32,000 nt of DNA, taken from assembly GCA_031316235.1 (NCBI GenBank), contig JALDRA010000001.1, forward strand, positions 360,001 to 392,000, in the 5' to 3' direction. The notes under the pieces were generated by a model. That model ran no database searches and was not told where the DNA came from. It saw only the letters and a list, made by a program, of their open reading frames with translations. The position numbers and the translations under genes were made by a program. Shown one piece after another: positions 7,285 to 15,548 of the stretch; position 1 is the first letter of the stretch; every line of letters begins with the position of its first letter. The DNA is from Candidatus Scalindua sp. (lineage in GTDB: Bacteria > Planctomycetota > Brocadiia > Brocadiales > Scalinduaceae).

Positions 7285-10200
7285 CTATGGGTTGAGCAAC
7301 CTTTTTACGAAACCGGCAATGTCTTCAGAAGACATACTCTTTCCGGGCAATCTAAGATATAATTCATTATTGTCCAGCACCTTCACCTCTCCTTGCGAAT
7401 TGTTGAAAAGAGATTCAGCCTTCTTCATGTTTTCGAAGAAGAAGATAATTGCACCATTGACTCTTTTCAGAGAACGGATGTGATTATTTTGCGCTCCTAT
7501 CCTGATCTCACTTTCTGTAAAAAGATTTTTCACTGGTTTCGGAATACGACCAAACCTGTCACTCACCTCTTTTTCCAATTCAATAACTCCCTGAAGAGAA
7601 GATAAACGGTTTATCTTCCGGTAGATGCCTATCCGCAATTTGAGGTCGGAAATATAAAAAACGGGAATATATGCTTCCAGGTGTAAATGTATGTGTACAT
7701 CAGCATATACAGAAACAGATTCGTTCTTCGCCTTGCGAATGGCTATTTCCAGGAGCCGGCAAAACATTTCATATCCAACCGCTTCTATATGTCCGTGTTG
7801 CTGTACACCGATGATATTGCCGGCACCACGGATCTCAAGATCGCGCATCGCTATCTTAAAACCGGCCCCCAGTTCTGAAAAGTCAACGATGGCTTTTAAC
7901 CTCTTTTCAGCCTCGGGAGTAATTGGCCTGTTTTGAGGCAGTATAAGATACGTATAAGCTCGATGTTTATACCTTCCCACTCTCCCACGCAGCTGATGCA
8001 GATCGGCCAGGCCGAAAGCATCTGCACGATTGATAAAGATCGTGTTCACATTCGGGATGTCAAGACCTGATTCAATTATAGTAGTTGAAACGAGAATATC
8101 AGATTTGCGATTAACAAACTCAACCATTATCTTTTCCAGTTCTCTTTCCGACATCTGACCATGGCCTACCGAAATTCTTGCTTCAGGTACTATTCTTTTC
8201 AAGAGTGAGGCAACAGCATGAATATTTTTTACTCGATTGTGGACAAAATAAATTTGACCGTCACGATTCAACTCACGGACTATTGCTTTCCTGATCAAGG
8301 TTGTATCAAATCGGATTAACTGTGTTTTAATCGATTGCCGTGCCTGCGGCGGGGTGTTTAACGAAGATATATCTCTGGCACCCAACAGGGACATATGCAA
8401 GGTGCGCGGGATTGGCGTTGCGGTTAATGTGAGAACATCAACCGTCTCTCGAAATCTTTTTAATCTTTCTTTGTGTTGGACACCAAATCTCTGCTCTTCA
8501 TCAATAATGACCAGGCCTATATCTCTGAAGATGACATCTTTTTGTACCAACCGATGTGTCCCGATAACAATATCCAACCTTCCGTTTTCCAGCTCTTCCA
8601 GGATGCTCTTCTGCTCTTTGCGGGTTTTAAATCTGCACAACATATCAATCCGAATCGGATAGTCCGCCATCCTTTCAGAAAAAGTTCGATAATGTTGTTG
8701 TGCCAGAAGGGTTGTAGGTACCAAAACAGCAACCTGCTTACCATACATAACCACTTTGAACGCTGCCCTGATTGCTATCTCAGTCTTTCCATATCCTACA
8801 TCACCGCAGATAAGCCTGTCCATAGGCCTTGATGATCTCATATCCTGCTTGATCTCATCTATCACCTTCAGCTGGTCTTCTGTCTCCTGGAAAATAAACT
8901 CCGATTCGAATTCTCTTTGCCACTCATTATCTTCAGGGTACACAATACCCTGTTTCGCATCCCTTATAGCCTGAAGTGAGAGAAGTTCGCTTGCAACGTC
9001 CTGTACAGCAGACTCGGCCATCTCCTTCTTCCTTTTCCATGTTTGTTTCCCTAATTTACTTAATTTGGGAATATGGTCAAAACCACTGATATATTTCTGT
9101 ACCAATTCAATCTTTGTTACCGGAACATACACCCTGGCACCTTCATCAAATTCAAGAACGAGAAACTCACCTACACTCTCAAAATCGCCATCATCCTGAA
9201 GCATCTGCATTCCCAGGAATCGTGCGATTCCATAACCGGCATGCACAACATAATCACCAACCTCCAGGTCGAGAAATGAATCAATGGCCCTCGTTTTTAC
9301 TATTTCCCTGGAATCTCTTCTCTGCTGGTAACGACTGAATATCTCATGGTGAGTAAGTATTGCGAGAGAAATCTCCTCAAAAATAAACCCATGGTTAAGA
9401 TGACCGGTATGAAACTTCACATGATCAAAAGATATATGATCCTGGGCTGTTTTCTTTTTCCTGCATCGTGTTTTCTGAGATGGTTTTATGAGTGAATCAG
9501 AACCTGTTAAAAGTTCGCGAAGCCGCTGTTCCTCAGCCTCATTGCTGCAGAATATCAAGGTGTTATTCTGAGAAAGAGTTATTTCTTTAACCTGTTTTAT
9601 CGAAGCGTCAATTTCTTTGTCAAAATGGTCTGTGACCTTTATGCTGAAAGAGTGAACGTCTTCCCGTTCAAAGGGCAGCCGGGAAACATACACTTTTTTT
9701 AGACCGCAGCATGACTCCATTATGGTGTCCATGGAAATTGCATTCGTTTGAGATCTCAGATTCGTATGGATACTCATAATCTTGTTTTCAATATCAGCCA
9801 GCTCCTTGAAAACAATCCAGGAACCTTCGGGTAAGTATTCGAAAAGAGACACACGTCCGCCATTATGTATGCTCCCTCGTGCCGACTCGCCGTCAGCCTT
9901 ATCGTCCAGGCCTTTCTCTGCTGAAAAGTCTGTGGTCCGGAAAGAGAGACTGTTGACAGGATCTGTCTGCACACCAAGAAGTTCACACTCTTCAACCGTC
10001 CTCTCCGTCAACTGAGTTTCAGGATGAAACGTGCGAATTGAGTCTACTTCATCTCCAAAGAATTCAATACGATGGGGAATTTCTGAAAAATGGGGAAAAA
10101 TATCCAGGATACCGCCTCTCAGACTGAATTCACCAGGTAATTCAACCATTCGTGTCCGTTCAAACCCACCATTTATGAGCCATCTTTCAAGAAATTCCTG

Positions 10201-10656
10201 CTTATGCTCCTGGCCTGTCTTAATGGTAAGGGTGTTTCCCTCGATAATCTCGGGTGACGGGACCTGGTGCAAAAGTGCTTGAATGGGTGTTACGATAATC
10301 TGGTTTACAGGTGTCTTGCTCTCGGTATGCTGCACTATCCTGTGTAAGATGCTCGCCTGCCGTACAACCGTCTCGTTATCACCTGGAAACTCATCTGAAA
10401 CAGGAAAGTAGAGGACTTCACCGGAAAAAAAGATGCTACAATCCTCAAAGACATCTTCCGCATCTTCTATTTTTGGAGTTACGAAGAGTATCTTTCTTTT
10501 TTTGATCGATTTCGTGGTATCTGCCAGGCTCGATAGTAAAAAAGCGGAAGATGACCCCCATAGACCCTGAATACGTGGCTCTTTTCCTGCCCGCAGATCA
10601 TTGACTATATTCTGATACGTTACATTCTTTTCAAGTGCCCGAAAGAACTTCTTCAT
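7285..10656 (-). CDS. mfd: transcription-repair coupling factor
   Basis: Helicase motifs GDVGYGKTE, IIDEEQRFG, LTATPIPRT and QLRGRVGR are present, with a CarD-like region GDYVVHAGYGIARF and a TRCF C-terminal domain. I place the start at the ATG at 10656 (MKKFFRALEKN). The 41 upstream codons in the ORF track are read-through of R1 copy 3. Confidence 0.95.
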   Translation of the reverse strand: MKKFFRALEKNVTYQNIVNDLRAGKEPRIQGLWGSSSAFLLSSLADTTKSIKKRKILFVTPKIEDAEDVFEDCSIFFSGEVLYFPVSDEFPGDNETVVRQASILHRIVQHTESKTPVNQIIVTPIQALLHQVPSPEIIEGNTLTIKTGQEHKQEFLERWLINGGFERTRMVELPGEFSLRGGILDIFPHFSEIPHRIEFFGDEVDSIRTFHPETQLTERTVEECELLGVQTDPVNSLSFRTTDFSAEKGLDDKADGESARGSIHNGGRVSLFEYLPEGSWIVFKELADIENKIMSIHTNLRSQTNAISMDTIMESCCGLKKVYVSRLPFEREDVHSFSIKVTDHFDKEIDASIKQVKEITLSQNNTLIFCSNEAEEQRLRELLTGSDSLIKPSQKTRCRKKKTAQDHISFDHVKFHTGHLNHGFIFEEISLAILTHHEIFSRYQQRRDSREIVKTRAIDSFLDLEVGDYVVHAGYGIARFLGMQMLQDDGDFESVGEFLVLEFDEGARVYVPVTKIELVQKYISGFDHIPKLSKLGKQTWKRKKEMAESAVQDVASELLSLQAIRDAKQGIVYPEDNEWQREFESEFIFQETEDQLKVIDEIKQDMRSSRPMDRLICGDVGYGKTEIAIRAAFKVVMYGKQVAVLVPTTLLAQQHYRTFSERMADYPIRIDMLCRFKTRKEQKSILEELENGRLDIVIGTHRLVQKDVIFRDIGLVIIDEEQRFGVQHKERLKRFRETVDVLTLTATPIPRTLHMSLLGARDISSLNTPPQARQSIKTQLIRFDTTLIRKAIVRELNRDGQIYFVHNRVKNIHAVASLLKRIVPEARISVGHGQMSERELEKIMVEFVNRKSDILVSTTIIESGLDIPNVNTIFINRADAFGLADLHQLRGRVGRYKHRAYTYLILPQNRPITPEAEKRLKAIVDFSELGAGFKIAMRDLEIRGAGNIIGVQQHGHIEAVGYEMFCRLLEIAIRKAKNESVSVYADVHIHLHLEAYIPVFYISDLKLRIGIYRKINRLSSLQGVIELEKEVSDRFGRIPKPVKNLFTESEIRIGAQNNHIRSLKRVNGAIIFFFENMKKAESLFNNSQGEVKVLDNNELYLRLPGKSMSSEDIAGFVKRLLNP

Positions 10657-10703
10657 GGAAAAAATAATTCCTGTACCCAGTTGGCGGCCTGATATACCGA
10701 TCT

Positions 10704-10831
10704 TATACTGGATTTCGGATAAAATCCGGAAAAAACGGAGCAGGTAAAGTCCTCGACGTTTATTGTCCGGGGATACCATTAACCAGGCTGTGGTTTTTAG
10801 AAAAATCTAAAACCAGATCGGTTTTAGTATA
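10704..10831 (+). repeat. R1 intergenic mosaic repeat, copy 3 (beta subfamily, long form with M hairpin module, left arm shortened, 128 bp)
   Basis: The sequence is TATACTGGATTTCGGATAAAATCCGGAAAAAACGGAGCAGGTAAAGTCCTCGACGTTTATTGTCCGGGGATACCATTAACCAGGCTGTGGTTTTTAGAAAAATCTAAAACCAGATCGGTTTTAGTATA. Confidence 0.9.
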
Positions 10832-10910
10832 CTCTATGCCTTACCTGACGATTTGGCTGAAGCCGATCATAATTATACTTCCCCCACAATGCCTGGGCAA
10901 GAATTATCTA

Positions 10911-11053
10911 GTGGCTGGGCCAACACTACCCACCTGCTGCCATCCTGCAGTAATTCCTTAATCCTCATGAACATGAGTACCTCACGGCTATGAAATCATC
11001 ACCCCTTCTATCCGGGCTGTTTTGTTTCAACCAGAGGATTTTCGTTCAAACAT
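10911..11053 (+). repeat. R2 inverted-repeat element, copy c (degenerate)
   Basis: The core ..CTACCCACCTGCTG..GTAATTCCTTAATCCTCATGAACATGAGTAC.. and the tail CTGTTTTGTTTCAACCAGAGGATTTTCGTTCAAACAT align with copies a and b. The terminal inverted repeat is only partly retained. Confidence 0.65.
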
Positions 11054-11165
11054 AAATTTAAATATCCGCAAATCTCAAATCCTTAATCATGATTCCGGGT
11101 CTTTCTTTCAAGAAACTGCTTAACATTGTCACTCTTCAATGTTATAATTTTTCCAATGTTTTAAA

Positions 11166-11304
11166 TATACTCATCATACAATGGTTTTCGGATAAAATCC
11201 GAGATAAAATTGAGCGAGTAAGGTCCTCGGCGCTTTTTGTCCGGGGATACCTTCACCAGGATTTGGTTTCCGGTAAAACCGAAAACCAAATCGGTTTTAG
11301 TATA
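11166..11304 (+). repeat. R1 intergenic mosaic repeat, copy 4 (alpha subfamily, long form, 139 bp)
   Basis: Matches copy 2 with a few substitutions and small length differences, plus a 27-nt insert AGGTCCTCGGCGCTTTTTGTCCGGGGA between GAGCGAGTA and TACCTTCACCAGG. Confidence 0.9.
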
Positions 11305-11338
11305 CTGTATTTCCCAGTGTAAGAAAATTCCAATCCCT

Positions 11339-12412
11339 ATGAAAAGTAACGTCTTTTTTTCGCAGACAAAAGAGGGTGAATCACATCCTTCAATAGCCAA
11401 TAAAATAGCGATTCTTTTTGACGCAGCGGAGGTGAAAAGTGTCATCAATCGAGGGGATATGGTCGGCATTAAGACCAGTTTTGGTGAAAAGGGGAACATT
11501 GGCCACATTAGACCTCCCTTAATAAAGGCCTTTGTAGATAAGGTGAAGGTAAGTGGTGGCAAACCATTTCTCTTTGAAACCAATACCCTGTATGTAGGAA
11601 AACGCTCAAATGCAATTGATCATTTAATGCTTGCCCATGAACACGGTTTTACCATTGAGAACACCGGCGCTCCCGTCATTATCGGAGACGGTCTCTTCGG
11701 GGAGCATGATTACACGGTCAGGCTTGATCAAAAGTTATGTAAGAATGCGCATATTGCAGGAGTAGCAAAGGCTTCAAATGCTCTCATATCAGTTGCCCAT
11801 GTTACCGGGCATCTTGCCACGGGTATGGGTGGAACTTTTAAAAACATTGGTATGGGTCTCTCTTCACGAGGTGGTAAGCTTGCTCAACATTCCGGGGTAC
11901 TGCCACAAATAATCAAAAAAAAGTGTAAAATATGCAAGATTTGTCAGGTATGGTGTCCAGTGGATGCAATCACAATGGGTGAGGAAGCCGCCATTATTAA
12001 CCCAGAAAAATGTATTGGTTGTGGTGAATGCCTTGCCGTCTGCCAATTTGATGCAGTCAAGATTGCATGGGATGAAGATACGGTAAATCTGCAGAAAAAA
12101 ATTGCTGAATACAGCCTTGCCGTCTTAGAAGAAAAGCGGGACAAAGCTGCATTCTTTAATTTCCTGACCCACATGACTGCACATTGTGACTGCATGGATA
12201 AACCTTACAAACCCGATATCCCCGATATTGGCATCATGGCATCTAAAGATCCTGTCGCTCTTGAAAAGGCTACCATTGATATGATAAATGATCGCACAGG
12301 AAAAGATTTTTTCCGATCTATTTGGCCAGAGATTGATTACACCGTCCAGCTTCAGCATGCACATGAGATAGGACTGGGAAATCTGGAATACCATTTGCGG
12401 ACATTACAGTAG
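11339..12412 (+). CDS. DUF362 domain protein with 2x[4Fe-4S] ferredoxin insert
   Basis: Two ferredoxin-type cysteine motifs, CKICKICQVWCPVDAI and CIGCGECLAVCQFDAV, sit inside a DUF362-like body. I place the start at the ATG at 11339 (MKSNVFF). The upstream 34 codons in the track are R1 copy 4 read-through. Confidence 0.8.
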   Translation: MKSNVFFSQTKEGESHPSIANKIAILFDAAEVKSVINRGDMVGIKTSFGEKGNIGHIRPPLIKAFVDKVKVSGGKPFLFETNTLYVGKRSNAIDHLMLAHEHGFTIENTGAPVIIGDGLFGEHDYTVRLDQKLCKNAHIAGVAKASNALISVAHVTGHLATGMGGTFKNIGMGLSSRGGKLAQHSGVLPQIIKKKCKICKICQVWCPVDAITMGEEAAIINPEKCIGCGECLAVCQFDAVKIAWDEDTVNLQKKIAEYSLAVLEEKRDKAAFFNFLTHMTAHCDCMDKPYKPDIPDIGIMASKDPVALEKATIDMINDRTGKDFFRSIWPEIDYTVQLQHAHEIGLGNLEYHLRTLQ

Positions 12413-12431
12413 GTTGCAGATCTGACCTGTT

Positions 12432-12536
12432 TATACTAAAACCGATCTGGTTTTAGATTCTTCTAATAACCAAAGCCTGGTTAATATACTCATCTTACAA
12501 TGGTTTTCGGATAAAATCCAGTATAAGATGAGTATA
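12432..12536. repeat. R1 copy 5, rearranged or chimeric (inverted right arm joined to a self-closed left arm)
   Basis: 12432-12484 is a beta right arm in reverse orientation (TATACTAAAACCGATCTGGTTTTAGATTCTTCTAATAACCAAAGCCTGGTTAA). 12485-12536 is a forward left arm closed by a perfect 13-bp inverted repeat, TATACTCATCTTA...TAAGATGAGTATA. Confidence 0.8.
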
Positions 12537-12619
12537 GAACAAACTCACTTGATAGAGTAGAATTCTCTGCCGGATGTATACCGGAAAAAGATACCGATTA
12601 CAGCGAGGGATTTTTTATT

Positions 12620-14023
12620 ATGACTTCACTGAAACAAAAAGTTGCAATTATTGGTCTCGATTCAGCACCACCTGAGTTGGTTTTTGACAGGTGGATTGAC
12701 TATCTCCCCAACATTAAACACCTCATCTCAAATGGGATCTATGGCAAACTGGAGAGTACAATTCCGGCAATTACCTGTCCCGCCTGGGCATCAATGGTAA
12801 CCAGCACTAGTCCCGGGAGGCTTGGTATATACGGCTTCAGGAATAGAAATCACTACAACTATGATAGTCTGGAGTTTGTTGATTCAAACACCATTAATGA
12901 AGAAACCATATGGAGTTTACTCTCAAGGCATGGCAAACGTTCTATCGTTATCGGCGTACCTCAGACATATCCTCCCAAGCCTTTTAACAATGGATATCTG
13001 GTAACCTGCTTTCTTACCCCTAATAAAGATTGTCAGTATACCTATCCTGATGAACTCAAGTATGAAGTGGAACGGGTATCAGGCGGATACATCATGGATG
13101 TGAGTAATTTCAGGAGTAACGAAAAGGAGCAGATTCTCCATACGACTTATGAAATGACTGAAAAAAGATTTAAGCTTGCAAGGCACTTTCTCCAGAATGA
13201 GGATTGGGATTTCTTTATGATGGTAGAAATGGGAACTGACCGGATACAGCATGCCTTCTGGGAATTTTTTGATGAGAGACACCGCTCCTATTCAGCCGGT
13301 AATAAATACGAAAATGTGATATTTGATTATTACCGGTATGTGGACGGTGAAATAGGCAAGATTCTCACTCTGTTAGGCAGCAATACTACCACCTTACTCG
13401 TTTCAGACCATGGTGCAAAAATGATGGAAGGCGGAATCTGCATAAATGAATGGCTCATTAACAACGGATACCTCAAGCTCACCCATTATCCTGAAAACAT
13501 TACTCAGATAAGCAAAGATTTAATTGACTGGAACAAAACAATGGTTTGGGGTGAAGGCGGTTATTACGGACGATTATTTTTCAACATAAAGGGCCGGGAA
13601 CCAAGAGGGATCATTCCCCATCAACAGTACGAAATCGTGAGAAATGAATTGAAATCGGTACTCGAAGATTTGAGGGACCAGAATGGGAAAAAAATCAATA
13701 CGAAAGTATTTAAACCAAATGAAATTTACTCAGAGTGCAGGAATATCCCGCCGGATCTGCTTGTCTATTACGGAAACCTGTCCTGGCGATCCGTGGGTAG
13801 TGTTGGTCATTCTACCATCTGGACAGACGAAAACGACACAGGCCCCGACTCCGCAAATCATGCCCAGCACGGGATTTTCGTAATGTCAGACGTCAACCAG
13901 CATCTCTCTGAAAAAAGGAGCGGTTTACACATTATGGATGTAACACCTACAGTATTAAATATCATGCAATTAGAAATTCCATGGTATATGGAAGGAAATG
14001 TTATCCGCTGGACAGTAAAATGA
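12620..14023 (+). CDS. alkaline phosphatase superfamily protein (type I phosphodiesterase/nucleotide pyrophosphatase-like)
   Basis: 467 aa with an N-terminal metal/nucleophile region IIGLDSAPPEL...PAITCPAWASMVTSTSPGRLGIYGF and a distal VSDHGA motif. Confidence 0.8.
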   Translation: MTSLKQKVAIIGLDSAPPELVFDRWIDYLPNIKHLISNGIYGKLESTIPAITCPAWASMVTSTSPGRLGIYGFRNRNHYNYDSLEFVDSNTINEETIWSLLSRHGKRSIVIGVPQTYPPKPFNNGYLVTCFLTPNKDCQYTYPDELKYEVERVSGGYIMDVSNFRSNEKEQILHTTYEMTEKRFKLARHFLQNEDWDFFMMVEMGTDRIQHAFWEFFDERHRSYSAGNKYENVIFDYYRYVDGEIGKILTLLGSNTTTLLVSDHGAKMMEGGICINEWLINNGYLKLTHYPENITQISKDLIDWNKTMVWGEGGYYGRLFFNIKGREPRGIIPHQQYEIVRNELKSVLEDLRDQNGKKINTKVFKPNEIYSECRNIPPDLLVYYGNLSWRSVGSVGHSTIWTDENDTGPDSANHAQHGIFVMSDVNQHLSEKRSGLHIMDVTPTVLNIMQLEIPWYMEGNVIRWTVK

Positions 14024-14054
14024 AACAGAGATGCATAGTCTGCTCATGAATAAT

Positions 14055-14095
14055 GGGAGAGGTGCCTTGCGACGACAATCCTTACCCATTTTTTT
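14055..14095 (+). terminator. candidate rho-independent terminator after the phosphatase-family gene
   Basis: The stem GGGAGAGG (14055-14062) pairs with CCTTACCC (14080-14087) in 7 of 8 positions including one G-T. A run of 7 T follows at 14089-14095. Confidence 0.5.
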
Positions 14096-14141
14096 CCATT
14101 ACCCCTATTAAAAAAAGTCTTCAAAATACCAGAAAATCGCA

Positions 14142-14170
14142 TTGACATAAGGACTTATACTTGATAGCAT
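14142..14170 (+). promoter_or_regulatory. candidate sigma70-type promoter for the HU/IHF gene
   Basis: TTGACA (14142-14147), a 17-nt spacer, then TAGCAT (14165-14170). The site is about 60 nt upstream of the ATG, which is preceded by GGAGG. Confidence 0.4.
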
Positions 14171-14231
14171 GTTTCCACAGACATAAGGGAGTTGCTAAAT
14201 CTATTTTAATACATGAAGGAGGAGTTAATTA

Positions 14232-14534
14232 ATGCAAACTACGACGAAAAGAGATTTGTGTGAAAAGATTGTAAGAAAAACGGACAACTCACAACTACTG
14301 GTCAAAGAAACAATTCAGATGTTTTTGGATAAGATTGTACAGGAATTAGCTCAGGGAAACAGAATAGAGCTCAGAGATTTCGGTGTTTTTGAAGTTAAAC
14401 AACGAGCTGCCAGGAAGGCGAGAAACCCCCGGACCGGAGAAGAGGCTTTTGTACCAGCCAAAAAAGTCGTGGTTTTTAAGGTTGGAAAGCTCATGAAAGA
14501 AAAGGTGAACACTTCGCACTCAGCAGACAAATAA
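14232..14534 (+). CDS. HU/IHF family DNA-binding protein
   Basis: 100 aa with the arm region FGVFEVKQRAARKARNPRTGEEAFVPAKKVVVFKVGKLMKE (the R-N-P-x-T-G motif). A strong SD GGAGG is present. Confidence 0.85.
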   Translation: MQTTTKRDLCEKIVRKTDNSQLLVKETIQMFLDKIVQELAQGNRIELRDFGVFEVKQRAARKARNPRTGEEAFVPAKKVVVFKVGKLMKEKVNTSHSADK

Positions 14535-14717
14535 TAATATTATTACAATTTCTTTCTGATCAGGAATTTGAAAAATTTTATTATCTGATATTGCGACAGG
14601 AATTTCCCTTTAACCCACGAATGTTACAGATATCCTATCAATAATACATATCATGCTTGACAAAATTTCCAAAAACAATTAAGCATCTATTTTTTCACAA
14701 AAAAAACAACAATCACC

Positions 14718-14745
14718 TTGACTTTGTTTCATCGAAAGGTATAAT
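14718..14745 (+). promoter_or_regulatory. near-consensus sigma70-type promoter in an AT-rich gap
   Basis: TTGACT (14718-14723), a 16-nt spacer, then TATAAT (14740-14745). The site is about 120 nt upstream of the small ORF at 14866. Confidence 0.4.
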
Positions 14746-14865
14746 TCATCCACTATACTTTTTCATAAAAAAGGGTTGGAAACCTTTTGTCTATAAGTTT
14801 TTTTACCTTAAACTTCTACTTTTCTTAAAGCTAATTCTCTGAACGCTTAAAAAGTGAGGTGTGTC

Positions 14866-15012
14866 ATGGTTTCTGATTTTAAGGTATCTATAGATAGAAA
14901 TCGTACGAAGAAAAAGAAGCAGATGCAGAGGCTGAACTTAATTAAAGAGAGATATGAAAAACTGATATTAAAACCAAAAAAAGAGATTGAATTTGAGATA
15001 GAAAGAGATTGA
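14866..15012 (+). CDS. candidate small basic protein (48 aa), unannotated by the 60-aa ORF track
   Basis: The ATG is preceded by GTGAGGTG at SD distance. The translation is MVSDFKVSIDRNRTKKKKQMQRLNLIKERYEKLILKPKKEIEFEIERD. I recognise no homology. Confidence 0.3.
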   Translation: MVSDFKVSIDRNRTKKKKQMQRLNLIKERYEKLILKPKKEIEFEIERD

Positions 15013-15245
15013 CTATCATGAAGAAGGCTTAAAGGTCTGTTCATGATATAAATGAGTCAGTGTGTGTGTGTTTATACCGGTATACAACATTTCCAAAAAT
15101 CTTCAAATTAAGTACAGTTTCTATTGCAGCTCCTCCCGTTAGCAATAAAACTGTTTCAATACAATCTCCTTTCTTCATGAAAAAATTTATCACCAGGATT
15201 TAAGAAATCTCTTTTATGATACCTTTTAAATAAAGAGAAACTATT

Positions 15246-15324
<79 letters not shown>

Positions 15325-15325
15325 T

Positions 15326-15548
15326 TCATATCAGGAACTTACGACATCCTGATCGATCCCCTTTTTTTCCCATTATCGCCAAATTGTCGCAAGAATTTAA
15401 TTTCTGGATCGTAGACCGTAGTTTTTCAGGTCTCAGATGAGCATACCTTCGAGTGGTTTTGATATCGTTATGCCCGGGCAAACCCTGCAACTGAACAAAA
15501 ATCCGCTCCTCTTTGAACAAGCCCGGAACAGAAATCATGCCTGAGATC
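15326..15548 (-). pseudogene. tyrosine recombinase (phage-type integrase) 3' remnant with one frameshift
   Basis: Two frames together give DLRHDFCSGLVQRGAD / VQLQGLPGHNDIKTTRRYAHLRPEKL, which is the box II region with the catalytic Tyr. The frames switch in a T5 run. The N-terminal two-thirds of the protein is absent. The stop lies 2 nt from the tRNA-Pro 3' end. Confidence 0.7.

Noticed and set aside
7292-10505. Numerous 60-120 codon ORFs on the + strand inside mfd, with similar antisense ORFs at 17349-18954 inside the beta-helix gene and at 6004-6849 inside the PPIase gene.
   Set aside because: They lie antisense to long, motif-rich genes, have low-complexity or serine/leucine-rich translations, and carry no recognisable motifs. 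They are typical shadow ORFs.
10657-10779. A 1164-aa Mfd with the N-terminal extension MVSPDNKRRGLYLL...
   Set aside because: The extension is R1 copy 3 translated. The conserved Mfd N-terminus begins at the ATG at 10656.
11237-11338. The upstream start of the DUF362 ferredoxin ORF.
   Set aside because: These 34 codons lie inside R1 copy 4. The ATG at 11339 is the first start outside the repeat.
14657-15044. Track ORFs 14657-14842(+) and 14847-15044(-).
   Set aside because: Their translations are K/F/L/I low-complexity products of AT-rich DNA. The minus-strand ORF is antisense to the better-supported SD-preceded 48-codon ORF.
15060-15070. A short (GT)n microsatellite could have been a phase-variation tract.
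   Set aside because: It has only about 5.5 units and lies in non-coding AT-rich DNA, with no ORF or promoter spacer that it would obviously affect.
15181-15200. The 11-mer CACCAGGATTT, identical to the start of the R1 alpha right arm, could have been an eleventh R1 remnant next to tRNA-Pro.
   Set aside because: No flanking similarity to R1 extends beyond the 11-mer. This is too short to distinguish from chance.
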